A DNA stretch of 64,000 nt. Source: Thelocarpon superellum. Taxonomy: Eukaryota. The first letter of the stretch is position 1, and every line of letters begins with the position of its first letter. The DNA is taken from positions 1 through 64,000 of the forward strand of contig JAPEUG010000037.1 in the NCBI GenBank assembly GCA_026025795.1, given 5' to 3'. Below the pieces are notes generated by a model. It was given only the letters and a program-made list of their open reading frames with translations. It was not told the DNA's origin and did not search any database. Shown piece after piece: positions 24,840 to 39,332 of this stretch. Both the position numbers and the translations under genes were made by a program.

Positions 24840-27097
24840 ATGTCGACGACGCCGCTGCTGTTGACGGACTTACGTGAGGCACCCCTCATGTCTCCTGCCG
24901 TCTCATGGGGACTGACGTCTTTAGCCACCGACATCCTTCTCGACATTGTTCCCTATCTTGGCGTGGAGGAATTCCTGGCCTTGTGCGCGACCTGTGTGAG
25001 TCGTCTCATTCTCGATGCCTCGCAGCGGGTGGTTGGGCTGCTGACGACGTGGGCCAGCAAACGCTCGCAACTCTCCGGCTGGATCCTAGCTACTGGCGTC
25101 GGCTCACGCGCTCCACCTACCGCTTCCCCAACCAACCTCTGCTCCAGACCGACGGGGCACGATGGAAGTCTCTCTATCAACGACTCCGGACGGAGAGTCG
25201 AGCGTACACGTGGGGCTTGCTTGGACGATTGGGACATAGCTGGTCGCTGCGCGGAGAGATCCCGCGACAGCAGCACCACCAATGGGCCAACCGTGGCTTC
25301 CCCGTTGGCTCAGGATTTGCAGGAATTGGCTGGCCCACGGAAATGGAGGGCACGCGACGGATGAAGCCGATTGTCGACCTGCAGTGTGGCGGCTACTCCA
25401 CCACGGTGCTCGATAGCGAGGGCGATCTGTTCTGTACAGGCACGGTGGATGGGTCCCGCGGCGAGAGCCGGCATGCCACGTACCAGCTCAAGCGCCTGCT
25501 CTTCCCCGCCGTCCTGCCCCTGGCCGCACCGCGCACCGCACACACCACCGTGGCACAATTCTCCTCGGGTCGATCGCACCTCCTCGCCCTGTCCGACTCC
25601 GGGTGCATCTGGGTGTGGCGGAGTGTGAACGTGCCCGCGAGACAGGTGCAGTTCCTCCACTTTGATACGCGGGAAGACCCTCCACCGACTTGTGTACGTG
25701 ACGGCACGGTCGAGGTCACGCCGGAGGCCCGGGTCAAGAAGGTGGTGGCAGGGTGGGATACCAGCTCGGCGTACATCACGACCAAAGGAATCGTCGTTTG
25801 GCAGCCGCCACCCTCGCCACGCCCCGTGCTCTACCCCGCGAATTCCAATCTCCCGGGCCCGTCCGATGAGACCGAGGGTGGGCCGGTGGAATCCGCGACC
25901 GTACCGGATACGTGGTACCAGCGGCCCCGGGGCACGTCGCGCGCCTCGTCGGTCGAGGAGGCGCAGCTGGCGCGGACGGTGGGAGAGGTGGTCAACCACG
26001 TGGCGCTGGAAGGGTACATCGTCTTTCTCACCGACCTGGGCAAGGTTTTTACCGCCAAGCACGCCGAGGCCGATCAACTGAGTTGTGGCATCGTCGAGTT
26101 GACCGGGTTTGAACCCGTGGTGGGCACGACCAAGATGACGGAGATTCAGGGCTCCTTCCGTTCTTTTGCTGTGCTCAATCCGGATGGCGACGTCATCCTC
26201 GGCGACCGCACGCTGCTGGATGAGGCCTGGCACGAGGCTACGGACGGCGGGACGGTGAGCGCGCACCCCTACGCGACTACGGCGAGCACGACGCCGCAGC
26301 GTCCGGCACACCTGCAAGGGCGTGGCATCGTATCGCTGGCGTTTGGCGACTGGCACACGCTTGCCTTGACTGCGGCGGGGCATATTCTGAGCTTCGGACG
26401 GGCGCCCCAGTCGTGCGGCTGTCTTGGACTGGGGCGGTGGGACGAAGGATCGGTGCTCCGGGGGGTCCGGACGCGTAGCGCCTGGCCCATGGACTCGGAT
26501 CTGGTCGACGAGCTCCAGGCGCAGGGCCGACGGATCTGGTTCAGCCCGGAGTCTCGCGAGTGGTTGAAGTACTTGATGCGCTCGGGCATGGACCCAGACG
26601 AGCTCTCGCGCATCGCCGGTCGCCGTCCGTATCCGCCGCGCCACATCACCGTCAGCCAGTGGGTGGAGCAGAAGGGCAGTGACTGGGATTTGCACGAGGA
26701 CCTAGACGACGCATCGCAGCCATGGGGACGCGGTCAACCCAGCTATCTGGCGCTCAGCATCTCGGCCGCTGGGTGGCACAGCGGCGCCCTCGTGCTGACC
26801 AACGAGCACCGCATCCGGCAATCCTACCTGGCCCACCGTGGCTTCCTCCCACACGGCGACGATGAGGTCGCGCCCGTAGAGGAGGGTGTGCTCTCGTCGG
26901 CGTGGCGATGGCTCGGATCATGGTGGTGGGGCTCGGAGGCGGACGAGCTGCCAGCCATCTCGGCGACGGAAGATCAGAGTGCGGGTCGCGACCACGCCTA
27001 CTACCACTCGCAGCAGTCCATCGAGCAGACGATGCGCCACCTGCCCCCCGCGGCACGCCACGCCGTGCGGCTACCACCGCCGGTAGATGGCTCGTGA
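24840..27097 (+). CDS. SAF1: F-box + RCC1/BLIP-II repeat protein (SCF-associated factor Saf1/Pof9-like)
   Basis: F-box-like LTSLATDILLDIVPYLGVEEFLALCATC; intron 24996..25057; RCC1 repeats (IVDLQCGGYSTTVL, QFSSGRSHLLAL, SLAFGDWHTLAL, ISAAGWHSGAL). Start could be 24840 or 24888. Confidence 0.8.
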
Positions 27098-27481
27098 GTG
27101 ACGTGGAGCGTGTCTGGGTGACTGTCATGAAGTCAGCCCACGCCTCTGACGTAGACTTCGGACTGTAGCCCACGGAGCATGGGAACGAAGGAACAGCGGG
27201 CGCCTTGAAGGGGAAGAGACGGCTTTGTTCCTGAAATCGGGATCGGGTTTGGGATCATATTTCCCACGGGAGCGCCTCGCCGGAGTTTACACCGGGCCTT
27301 TTCTGCACTACACGAGGACCAGGAATTGTACACCCCAGGACATTGAAAACCGTGACGCCAGGAACGGGACTGCAGGAACAAGAAACACCGGAGGCTGGAC
27401 TCTCAAGGAGCGCGGGAAATGAATGAGTTTTCCAGGCAATGTGCCCTGGCATAAGGAGAGCAAGACGGTGTAGGAGTCTGG

Positions 27482-27535
27482 GAGCCGGACAGCCAGAGAG
27501 CCGGAGAGCCAGAGAGCCAGAGAGCCGGAGAGCCA
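27482..27535. repeat. 9-bp tandem repeat GAGCC(A/G)GA(G/C) x~6
   Basis: Seen directly in the SAF1-NUP192 intergenic region. Confidence 0.85.
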
Positions 27536-27879
27536 AGGACGTCGCTCGGCAAACGGTCGCCACCAAAGATGTTAGCTTGAGGCGAGAAGGCGGGAGGCGA
27601 CAGGCCATTCCCGCACAAGGATAATCGCGGTAAAAGCGACGAGAAAATGCGTGTAGTGCAACATACTCGTAGGAGTAACATACGAGTAACATCTTGTACC
27701 AGTACGAGCGAGGACCGTCAACAAAGGCTACAAAGTAAACCAATTGCTCGCAGTCTTCCACGTCAAAGAGGTTGTTTTCCGCCGCCCGTCTTCCCTCATT
27801 CGTACCGTGATCGTGTTCTTCTTGGCTCAACCTGTGCATGCGGACCACGTCATCGCCACGGGCATAGGCGTGCCACAGC

Positions 27880-30800
27880 ATGGCCGAGGTCGTCGACAGC
27901 TTGGGCGGCATTCAAGGCCTCTACCAGGACCTCGTCGCCGTCTCCGAGTCCCGTCTCTCCTCCGTCGAGCGCCTCGTGTCCGAGCTCGAGGCCACCATCG
28001 CCGACTTCAAGAAGCTCGTGGACAAGGCACCCAAGAATGACAAAAGTCGCCAAGCCCTCAATGCTGGTATGGCGCGTCCCCGTCGGCTCTTGTGGGAGGA
28101 TCGTCACACTGATGGTTGCGCAGGCAAGATCACCGTCGCCGAGGAGGAGTACACCGTCAACGATGACTTCAAGCAAGCCGCCATCCAGCTCGCCGACACC
28201 CTCGACCTGGACGAGCTCGATGCCGCTCGCCTCTTCCTCGCCGCCCAGGACGAGGCAGCGGCGCTCGATCGGCCCGTGGTCGAGAGCGCCCTCATCCTCT
28301 TCCAGGAGCAGCGCCAGTTCCTACTCGAGAGCCTCCGTCTCGTCTGCCGCCTGTCCCTAGATGATGACCTCGACCTCGACCCCGACCTCGACGCCGACGA
28401 TGCCGCCCGTCCCACCCCAACCGGGCTCCGACCCGTCTTCCAGGAGGCCGTCGCCCTCATCGTCCAAGCGCCACCCGCGGGCCCAGGCCGGTCCGCGCCC
28501 TCGTTTCCTGGCCGCTGCCTGACAGCCATGGCCCAGGTGCGTCACGACTTGCGCCAGCTCGCAGCCCGGGTTCAGGGCGCGGCCGTCGTCGGCGCCCATC
28601 CCATGCCCCAGGTCGCCGAGCTCCAAGAGGTTCAGCGCAGCAGTCTCACCAGCCAGCACGAGTCCCTGGCCGCCATCGTGACCCACCTCACCAAGGCGCG
28701 ATATCTGCGCCGCGACGACTTTCGAGCCCTCCTCGACACGGTGCAGCTCGTCGACCGTCCCGACCATCTCCTCGTGCATCTGATGCCCCCGCTGACGCAG
28801 GCCATCGCCGCCTTTGCTTCAGCCGAGGGCGGCGCGGCGTTCGACGACGCGCAGGAGCTGCATCGCAAGCTGGTGCCGGCGCTGCAGCGGGATAGCTGGC
28901 CGCTGGCTTACCTGCAGGCCGCCGTCCTGGCCCTGTGGCTGAGCGAGTACAGCTCCTGGTACGTCGACACCCCCGAGCCTCCTCGCCTGACCGACGGCGC
29001 GGTCGAGGGCGAGGAGGAGGCGGAGTCACGCTCGGACCTCTTCCTGCACGCCCTCAAGCGCGGCGCCTTGGACTTTCTCCTGGCCCTGAGCATCGATGTT
29101 AAGCCCGCCGAGTGGTACGACCCCGTCCGGGCCACCTTGCGCGGCCTGCTGCAGAAGAAGGCGCCCGGCATCACCGCCGACACGATCCCATTCAGCGACG
29201 CCTTCCAAGTGCTCCTGCTGGAGCAGCTCGAGGGCTTTGCCGATGCCTTCATCACCAACATGCCCGCCACCTTGCGCCGTCTGCGCCTCGAGGAGGACCA
29301 GGAGCGGCTGGAGTCGCTGGAGCTGGGCCCGACGCAGGACTACGACCTGGAGAAGTTCATCGTCATGCTCTCATACGTCTATGAGCACCGGCCCATCGCC
29401 GCCCTGTCCTTCTGGCAGGATGCCGACAGCAATCTCTTTGGCTTCCTGCAGTGGGTGTCGCGTCGCCTGTCCACTCCGCGCGCCTGCGCCGTGTGCGAGA
29501 TGCTGCTGGCCCTCTCCGAGGGCGAGGACAATGCCACGGCGGCGCATCACTTCCTGCTGGACGAGGGCGCCGTCTCGACCAGCAAGGTCCGTCGCACCAA
29601 TGCCCTCAACTGGACCCAGATCTTCTACGAGGCCCACTACTTCTCCAGCAAGATCCGGGACGCCCCGGCCCTGCCTCAGCCACCCACTACCGCCTTCGCC
29701 GCCGGCCCCGATCGCACCGACCGATCCGGCGGCGAGCCCGAAACGCTCAACATGCTCGAGAGCTACCTGCGCCTGACCGCGCGCCTGACCCGCGAGAGCG
29801 CTACGGCACGGGCCTGGCTCCTGGCGCATCCGACGGTGCGCATCCTCGACCTCCTCTTCCACCTGGCGAGCAATGCCGTCGGAAGCCATCTCCGCGCCTG
29901 CGCCTTTGACGCCCTCCAGGCCGTGTTGAAGGACAAGTCGGCCGAGCTGGGCGAGATGGTGTGGTCCATGCTGGATCAATGGATCGCCGGCGGCGTGAAC
30001 CCCCTCGTGGCCCGTGCCAAGCTGGCACCCGCCGGGGGCGACCCGCGCAGCGACGGCGACGGCGTGTGGGCCTCCCTCGGCCTGGGCTTCGAGGAGCCGC
30101 ACGCCTTTGTCCGTCTCCTGCAGGCCCTGGTCTACCCCGCGGTCGAGCAGCGCGACCTCCACGACGCCCTGCCCTTCCCCGAGACGCTCGGCTCGAGCTA
30201 CCGCGAGCCCGGCATCGAGGCCTACGTCGACTTCGCCATGGGCCGCGTCTTCGCCCTTAAGCGCACCGAGATCATCGACGTCATCCAGGCGCGCAACCTC
30301 CGGCTGGTGTGCATCGAGTTCATCATGACCTGCCTCTCGACCTTCAACGAAGACCTCATCATCCTCGCCAATCGCTCCAACATCGCCGTCGACGCTGTCA
30401 TGGCGACCTCGTCGCTCGCCGCCTACGCCCGTCTGCATCCCTTTGGCCGGGTGATGGAGTGGCTCTTCAACGATGGCGTCGTCGCCGCCCTCATCGATAC
30501 CATCCATCAGGATGCGATCGAGGTCAGCCGCGCCGCGCCTCACTCGCCCTTGATCGCGGGCGTGGTGGGGGGGATCCAGGTCGTCATCGCCGTGCTCAAG
30601 CTGCAGCCGACGTACCTGGATATCGTCCGCCCGCTCATCAAGGCCCACGCCGGCCCGCGTCGCGTCCCCGTGGCCGACGCCACGCTCGCGTCCTTTGAAG
30701 ACGCCATCTTGAACCGGCTGGAGCTCGTGGTCGACCTCGGACTCTATTGCGGCCTCGGCCATGCTGATCTCACGCTAGCCTCCCTGACCTTGCTGGAGCA

Positions 30801-33149
30801 GCTCTCGACCTCGCGCAAAATGATCGCCGCACCATCCCGGGGCGCGGGTCCGTCGGGTAGCAACAAGGTCCTTGGCATCTTGCAGGTCAACGACGAGTAT
30901 GAGCGCATCAGCAAGGCCCTGGCGGCCGGAATGCAGCCCAACGCACGTGAGCTGGACGCGGGGCCGGATGCGCCAGGCTACCTGATCAAGGCGAGCGTGC
31001 TGTCCTTCCTGCACCGCTGCCTGACGGCCCTCCCACATCGGCCCGCGGTGGCGCACCTGCTCCTTGGCTTTACGTGCGCGGGGGACCGCCTGGAGGTGGG
31101 CGAGGATGGCACCTTTGCCCACGACGCCGCCCTCTTTGACGCCGTGCTCCGCATCGTCGTCGACTACCCCGACGGCAGCGACGGCCAGCTGGAGGGCTGG
31201 ATGCTCCGCCTCCGCCAGGCGGCGCTCGACGTCCTCCGTCAACTCTGGAGCGCACCCCTGTCCTCCGTCTACACGATGCTCCAGCTGCGTCAATATGACC
31301 TCGTCTCGATTCTATACGTCCGGCAGCCCCTCGTCGGGCGTCACGCGCTCTTTGACGGGCGCACGGCGTCGGGTCCGGACTTCCTGCTGGATCGGTCGGC
31401 CTCGTGCTTCGAGTCCTTCCTGCGACAGCGTGCCGCCGTGCTCGACTACAGTGCGACCGAGGTGCGTCTGCTCAAGGAGGCACGAGCCCCCACGCTCCAG
31501 GCGCGCCTCCTCGCCACCTTGCTCGGCACGACGACGACGCCCGAGGGCGAGGAGCTCACCCATCCCTCCGTGCTCGATCTCTTCGACTTTGTCGACCTCG
31601 AATTGGGCGACCGACTCGCCGCGCCGCCGCTACGCTTCTACGCCGACATTGATTTCCGTGTCTGCCTGCGCGAGGACGAGGACCCGCCCCGGTACGAGCT
31701 GGCGAGCGTGCGACAACTGCTCCTCTTACGGCAGAAGGGAGTGCACGCGTCAGGCCTCGTTCCGGGCGGGCCGGAGGAGGCGGATATGTTGCTCGAGGCG
31801 GAGAACCTCTGCGCCTACTGCGACGCGGAGAATCAGCGGGGGCGACTGGTCGTGGCGCGCCTCGAGACGCTGAAGGCCTGGGTGGCCTTGGTCCTGGTGA
31901 TGCTCGACCGCGGAGAATTCGTTGGGGACGCCAAGCGCAGCTTCATCCTCCAGACCCTGCAGCTCATCTTGCCCAAGCTCGAACGGTACGCGTTGACCAA
32001 CGCCACCGAGGCGCTCTCGCTGGCGCGGCTGTCCCAGGCCCTGCTGGTCCATCTGGACCTCGGCGCGCCTGGCTCGTCCCTGGGCCCGGGCCGGGCGGGC
32101 GACGTGGCGCAGGAGCGGCTCTTCCAGCTCTTCCGCGTCTGCCTCCGTGGCATCACGTCGCCCGTGGCAACGGCGGCGCTCCGCGAGATCTTTTACGTCG
32201 TGTGCTATCGCTACCTGGTCGGCATGGCTGATGTCGCCAACCCGGCTTCGAGCCAGACGCGCCACCGCATGCGGACGGTGCGGGCGGCGGGCGAGCGGCT
32301 CACTGACGTCCTCTGCGACGACGCCGACGGCGGCGAGGGCACGTGTCCGATCGCGGCTCTCTTCCTCCTGGATGCGCTCGTCGCCCTGGCGCAGGACGAG
32401 GACTCGACGTATTTGGTGGATGCCTTGGCGCGACTCAACTTCATCGGGATCATGGTCGAGGCGATCAAGCACATGCCGGCCGAGCTCCGCGCGATGGGCA
32501 CCTCGGGTGAGTCGGCCCCTGGGCCTTCCTTGGCCGTCTACTCGCTCACCCGCCTAGACCTCCCGCTCTTGCTCTCCTACGACGAGGCCAAGCTGTCGCT
32601 GCTCGTTCGTATCGCCCACACGCGAGCCGGGGCCACGCAGATTCTCCACGCCAGTCTTTTCCACGCGGTCCGCGAGTCCGGCCTCTTTGCTCTCGACCCC
32701 GATCTCGGCCTCGGTACGTGCCCGTCCGAGACCACCGCGACGTCTGGGCCCCGCTGACGTGATAGATCTCGAGCACCCGATGGCGATGACCATGTACTAT
32801 CGCCTCCTGCTGGCCGTCATTCGCCTGCTCAGCGCCGTCCTTATCAGCCGTGGCGACCAACATGAGCAGACGATGGAACAGGGCCGCGCCTTTCTCTCTG
32901 CGCATCGGGCCTCCATCGTGGCCATGTTCAAGCGACAGGCCAAGATCGGCGGGATCCACGCCAACGTCGACGAGGACGGTGCGGGAGATTTGGCCGACGT
33001 GGTGGAGAATTTCATGGTGCTCATCACCATGACGCGATTCCTCGAGGTACGCGGAGACTGTCTGCCCGGCATCGAGGGGCATGCTGAAACGGATCTAGGT
33101 CGAAGACGCCCCTCTTCTCCCGCGGTCGACGATGAAAATCTTCACGTAG
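27880..33149 (+). CDS. NUP192: Nucleoporin Nup192/Nup186 (Nup205 family)
   Basis: About 1700-aa alpha-solenoid with EEYTVNDDFKQAAIQLADTLDLDELDAA, FITNMP..LR.LR.EED and LPFPETLGSSYREPGIEAYVDF. Introns 28067..28123, 32507..32557, 32714..32765, 33047..33098; ends VEDAPLLPRSTMKIFT*. Confidence 0.9.
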
Positions 33150-33988
33150 CGTTTCCCCGTTCTTTGTCAGGTGCCGACGAGAGACTGCTGCTCTCGACCG
33201 CCGAGCGGCAGGGACGCGGCAGGGAAAAGAAGGTAATCAAGCAGATGACTTCATGACCGGTTGGGCAGGCGAAGGAAAAGGTCACCTGCAATGCACTGTT
33301 TGGAGAAGACCGCCTGTACGAGGATTGGACTAGGATAGGACTCTAGAAGCGTTTGGCAGATGTTCATGCCTCGCGTCCTGGTGGGCCGGATTGTAAGGAG
33401 CACTCCGTGAGGGTAGGTTACGATCACGTGGTAAAGCGATTTGATTGCACCACCTGCTCTCTAGGGCACTTCCAAAGATCGAAGCCTTGATTCGGTGTAA
33501 CCACAGAGACAGTCTCAAAGACGTTCGCAAAGAAGCCGACAAGATGTGCGAAGTTCAATCTGACCCATGGGTTGACTCGTGTTCGATAGCCCTTAAGTCC
33601 GACGAGAGACCGGGGTAGCTTGCCCCCTAAGATCCTCGCTTTATCGAATCGCCCCGCGTGATTGGCCCTGTCTGCGCTACCGGAAGACGAATCTGACGGC
33701 GTCGATGACCAGTTACCTGTAGGTCGTCCCAGAACCCGCACTGGTACTCGTACTCGCAGGAACGGCCATTCAGACGATTCTGGATCTAAGACTGTCTGTT
33801 GTCAAGTCACATCAATCGTATTTGTCACGCTCGTCCACGGCGATCTGACCGGCCACTTGCAACGGTCTTGGTCCAAGCTCCATCTCACTCTTCGCCATGA
33901 CGCTTGATCCTGTGGGGAGACGCTGACGTTGACCCTTCGATTCATCCTCCGCTTCTCCTACATGCGAACCCCCGCCACGGTCTAGTAA

Positions 33989-36977
33989 ATGCTGCCCTCC
34001 TCTCGCCCCGCGAAGAGGAAGTATACCCACCCGCCCGACCTCTCGTCAGACCCCGGTCGCGGCCACGGCCACGGTCACGGTCACGGCCACGGCCACGAGC
34101 AGCATCAGAACACGCTGCCTGGTCTCTTCCGGCCTACCCAGCCGAGGACGGAGTCAGCCGAGAAAACGCCCGAGGACGGGACCGTCGCTCTCAAACGGCC
34201 CCGACATCAATCGCCCGTCCCGAACGTCCCCGCCTCAGCCTCCATGAACACGACTCCCGACCGCAACGGCCTCCCCGATGCATCAACGTCGACCCCGATC
34301 CCGGCCCCTGCCACGCCGGCACCCGCCCTCTTGATCCAGACCCGGGTCAATGGCATCGAGCGAAAGTCCAACTTCCAACCGCGGGCCGGGGCCAAGCGGC
34401 TGGTGATCAAGAACCTGCGGACCACCCCGCGCATCAGCGCCGACGACTACTTTGCCAAGGTCTGGGTGCAGCTCGACGAGGCCTTGACCGCCATCTTCCA
34501 GGGTGACAAGGTGCCCCACTCACTCGAAGAGCTCTACCGCGCGGTCGAGAATGTGTGTCGCCAGAATGGGGCGCCGGCCCTCTGTGCCCGCATGCGCGCC
34601 CGTTGTGACGACCACGTCGAGCATGCCATCCGGGATCCGTTACTGGAGAAGGCCTCCAGCGGTCGAAGCCACGTGGAGATGCTCCAGCTCGTCCATACCG
34701 CCTGGCTCACGTGGAATGCCCAGCTGGTACGAGACGCACTCCCTGCGATCAGGCGGAGAAGGCTATGCTGACGAGCGCGCGAATCAGCTGACCATCCGGT
34801 CCATCTTCTTCTACATGGACCGGGCATATCTGCTCTCGTCGAGAACGGAACCTACCATCCACGACATGGCCGTGGCTCAGTTTCGAGTGCACGTCTTTGC
34901 CCATCCCGTCCTCCGACCGCACATCCTCGACGGCATCTGTGACTTGGTGCACGTGGAACGGACGGCGCCACGAGCCACCACCGACGCATCACTGCTCCGC
35001 CAGGCCTCAGATATGGTGCACGAGCTGTTGGTCTACGGGACCGACCTCGAAGATCGGCTACTGCGGACGTCGGCGGGGTACTACGAAGATTGGGGACAGG
35101 AGAAGACGTCTAGCCTCAACCTGGGCGAGTACGCTGAGGCGTGCGAAACGCTGATTCGGGACGAGGTGACGCGGTGCACGCTGTTCAACTTTGACGCCTC
35201 GACCCGACGAGAGATGGTGGGCATGCTGGAAGAGTGCCTGGTGCAACGGCGCGTTGGCCTCTTCATCCAGACCGACGCGGTGGCGACGCTCCTCGATGCC
35301 CATGCCGTCACGTCGCTGCAGCAAGTCTACTCCCTCCTCGAGCGCGTGCGCCTACACGCGAAGCTGAGGGTACCGTGGGAGCGGTACATCACGAAGAATG
35401 GCATGGCCATCGTGAGCGATAAGGAGCGGGAGCAGGAGATGGTCGTGCGTCTGCTGACGTTCAAGACGCAATTGGACACGGTGTGGCGGAGTGCTTTTCA
35501 CAAGCATGAAGAACTCGGACACGCGCTTCGCGAGGCGTTTGCGTCCTTTATCAATTACAAAGGCAGGGGCGGTGCGGGGTCGAGGGACAACAGCTCGAAG
35601 CCAGGAGAGATGATTGCCAAGTACGCCGACACGCTGCTGCGTGGCGGGGCCAAGGCGATTCCGGCGGTGCTGTCGTCGGGAGAGAAGCGTCTTCCGTCGG
35701 CCTTGAGCTCCATCAGCGGGGCCCAGGCCTTTGGCGCGGAGTTGGACGACGTGGACATGGTGACGGGCGACGAGGATGCGGTGCTCAGTCAGCAGCTCGA
35801 CCAAGTGCTGGACCTCTTCCGCTTCGTCGAGGGCAAGGACGTGTTTGAGGCTTTCTACAAGAAGGACCTGGCGCGCCGACTGCTCATGGCGCGAAGCGCT
35901 AGTGCGGATGCGGAGCGGATGATGTTGGCGCGACTCAAGACCGGTGGGTGGTTCGCCATGGTGCGGAGATGCCAGGATACTGACCAGGCGTAGAATGTGG
36001 CGGTGGCTTCACGTATAATCTGGAGCAGATGTTCAAAGACGTGGACCTGGCGAGGGAGGAGATGGCCTCGTACAAGGCGATGCGTGCCGATGGCGGTCGG
36101 TCCAGCGCCATTGATCTCAACGTCAACGTGCTCTCGGCGTCCGCGTGGCCGACCTATCCCGACGTTCCGGTCAACGTGCCCCCCGAGATCGCGCAGGCGG
36201 TGGAGGACTACGACCGGCATTACCGGAGCAAGCACACGGGACGACGCCTCGAGTGGAAGCACTCGTTAGCTCACTGCGTGGTGCGAGCCTACTTCCCCAA
36301 AGGCATCCGCGAATTGGTCGTCAGCTCGTTTCAAGCAATCGTGTTGCTCCTGTTTAACGGCATCGAAGACGGGGCGTCGTTATCGTACGAGCAGATTCGA
36401 AGCACCACGGGACTAGGTAAGGCGTTTCCTCACGGCGACACCCAATCTAACACGATCAACAGCGGACGCGGAGCTGCAACGAACACTGCAGTCGCTGGCG
36501 TGTGCCAAGTACCGAGTGCTGAGCAAGACGCCCAAGGGCAAGGACATTGGCGCAGATGACGTATTCAAGATCAACCTCGGCTTCAGCGACATCAAATACC
36601 GGATCAAGATCAACCAGATCCAGCTGAAGGAGACCAAGGAGGAGAACCAAGCGACGCACGACGACGTACAACGCGACCGGCAGTACGAGACGCAAGCGGC
36701 TATTGTGCGCATCATGAAGTCCAGAAAGACCATCACCTATTCTGAACTCCAGGCCGAGACGATCGCCGCGACGAGGAAGCGGGGCGCGATGAAAGGGGCG
36801 GAGATCAAGGTTCAGATTGACAAGTATGTTCACTCGTTTCCCTCTTCACACCTGGAGACTAGAACGAGGAGAGTGAGGAGAGAGAAACTGACATGTGCAC
36901 GTGGCAGGCTGATCGAGAAGGACTACATGGAACGAGACGTCAGTGCAGACGGGATCGTGTACAAGTACCTTGCCTGA
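33989..36977 (+). CDS. CUL4: Cullin-4 (CulD/Pcu4)
   Basis: Cul4-type GAKRLVIKNL and SLEELYRAVENVC; cullin domain GKDVFEAFYKKDLARRLL; Nedd8 site QAAIVRIMKSRK. Introns 34727..34787, 35944..35993, 36417..36462, 36824..36907. Confidence 0.94.
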
Positions 36978-37339
36978 TGGATCACGTCCCGACGGCTCCA
37001 CCTCGTGTGAAGAGGAAGGTGGAAGAAGCGATGTACGATACATACACGGACCTACGAGAGCATACAGCGCGAGAGAATAACATACCATAACATACCATAA
37101 CAACAACATCAACAAGAAGTGAAGTGACGACGGCTTTCAAGACGGCCGAAACGAACAAAGAAAGAAAAGGGAAGGGGGGATGTCAGACCACCTCTATTTC
37201 TCCGACGGAGAAGCGCTTGTTTCTGACGCCCTGGTAGTTGGTAGTGGAAACCGGCGTATACAATACAATGGAACAGTTCCCCTGATGACTATACATGTTA
37301 TATACAGTAAGCTCAAGCGGGCGGAGAGGTCATGTCAAG

Positions 37340-39123
37340 TCAAGGCTCAAGCGTCATCTGCAGCGAAACCTCCCACCTGGTCCCACCGCCGGCGCTGCTC
37401 CCCGCGCCGCCATAGCCCCCGCCAAGCCTGTTCCGAATGAGACTCGTGATGCGTTCTCTCAGTCGCGTCATCCCACTTCCGTTTCCTCCTCCTACTCCGC
37501 CTACTCCCACACCGCCCCCTATCCCTCCTCCTCCTCCTCCTCCTCCCCTCATATCTGCCCCGCCTACACCCAAATGAGTTCCACTGAAGCCACCCAGACT
37601 CACGCCCGTCATGGGCGTGCCGATCTCATCGACGTTTTCGCGCCGCACGCGGATCTTCAGGTTCGCCATGCATAGACCGTAGTGCACCTGCCAGAACCGG
37701 GCGTCTTCGACGGCGGATATGGCCGGGTCGGACTCGAGCTCGTGGATGATTCGTGGGATGGCTTCGCTTGCGTCGTTGCTTGAGCCTGAGTTTAGGCTTG
37801 AGTTGGTGGTGGCATTGCCGAGGGTGGTGGATGGGGTTGTGGAGGTGCCCGCCCCCGCGTACGACATCAGCAGCATCGATGCCAAGTTCTTCACCAGTCG
37901 CACGCCGAGCACGCACATCGAGATGGCAATGGTGCTGGAGAGGAGACGGTCGAGCCAGAGATACATCCGCACGGAGAGGAGGGGCAGGAGCAGGAGAAGG
38001 GCGGAGCAGGAGAGAGTGAGGAAGTGCGAGGGGTTGGAGAGCACCGACGGCAAGGACTCGATGTATGCGAATCGCATCGCTTTGCCGATGCGCGCGTGGT
38101 TCTTGAGTCCCAGGGCGGACACGAGCGTCGAGATGATGGCCACCAGCGACGCCATGTCGACACTTCCAGGCGACACGCGCTGGTGGTGATGGTGCTCGTG
38201 GTGGGCTTCGTGTCCCATTGTTTCCAGGATGTGTTGCAGGTTGTGCGAGATGAGATCCATTCCCATGAACAGCAGGAACACCGACATGGCGAACCCAGCG
38301 AGCACTTCCGCGCGCTCGAGCCTGGACAGGTTAGAAGGGTATAGACGCGGCTTGCGGTAGGGGAGGAGAGCTCACCCAAACGGATGTCGTATGCTTGATC
38401 GTTTCCACACCTCGAAGTTTCCCAGCACGTCCACGACGACGCACACCGTCGCTCCCAACGCATCAAAGAGGATCAGATGGGACAGCGCCGTCATGGCCAA
38501 TGACCCCTGTGCGCTCCACCACGTGTAGCCCGCCACCAACGCGTGACATACGCACCACGTGATGCGTGATCGTTGTTCCTTGGACATGCTGTTGCGACAT
38601 TCCTTGAAGGTCGGCATGGGGAGCGAGGCCGGGAGCGCCAGTGGGGCTCGAGGCGTGGGCTCCAGGAAGATGTGGTGCGACACGCTGCTGTGCTTGTATT
38701 TATGTCCCCGTCGTTGACCCACGCTCTGCATCTAGTCAGGAGGCGACCCCTCGGACGAATCATGGATCATACCGATCGAATCACCGGAGACTTGGACAAG
38801 GTCGTCGGTTTGAAGTTGAACGGCCCCGTCCCATGTCCCTCGCCCGGTGCCTCCGAGGCCGTGCTGAAGGTGGAACTGGGCCAGCTCGAGCCCGACCATG
38901 CGGCGCTCAAGGCACTTCCGGGCGACCGTCCCATCTGTGGCGGTGGATAGACATATTGCGTGGGAAAGTTCTCGCGCATCGGCGACAGCGCACTGGGGTC
39001 GAAGGTGACTTTGGACGGCGAGTTGATGGGGAGGTCCTGTAACCCCAGCCCGGCCAATGCTTGGTCCTCGGCCGGTGGAGTGGGCGTCCGGGGGGGGACG
39101 GGGATGGGCAGGTTGGATGCCAT
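37340..39123 (-). CDS. ZRG17: Cation diffusion facilitator, ER zinc transporter Zrg17-like
   Basis: RRGHKYKHSSVSH, SSIRHPFGLERAEVLAGFAMS, His-rich loop HEAHHEHHHH, and FWQVHYGLCMANLKI. Introns 38772..38726 and 38375..38322. Confidence 0.85.
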
Positions 39124-39332
39124 GATGATGGCGGAGAGGATGAGGGACGGTGATCATGGACGTGACTGTGAATCAGTAGCGTGTCCCAGTTCGTCGTGGT
39201 TGTGGAGCAAATGCTGGCATCGTGGTGAATGAGGACGAGGAAGGCGAGAGCTGTGCATTGAAGCTTGACATTCGATCATGCATGCCGTGCGGTATGCCCG
39301 CGTTCCACGTTGTCGCGGTGATATCAGCGGGC

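Noticed and set aside
27225..27450. Short inverted repeats (ATTTCCC/GGGAAAT, GTTCCTG/CAGGAAC) and a GCCTTTT resembling the U5 loop
   Set aside because: The U5 loop requires GCCTTTTAC, there is no Sm site, and the 7-bp helices are mutually incompatible and within chance expectation.
29371..30762. 463-aa antisense ORF inside NUP192, and many similar long shadow ORFs (e.g. 25310-26695, 52754-53938, 15072-15974)
   Set aside because: They overlap well-supported genes, have no recognisable motifs, and are expected from high GC3 codon bias that depletes off-frame stop codons.
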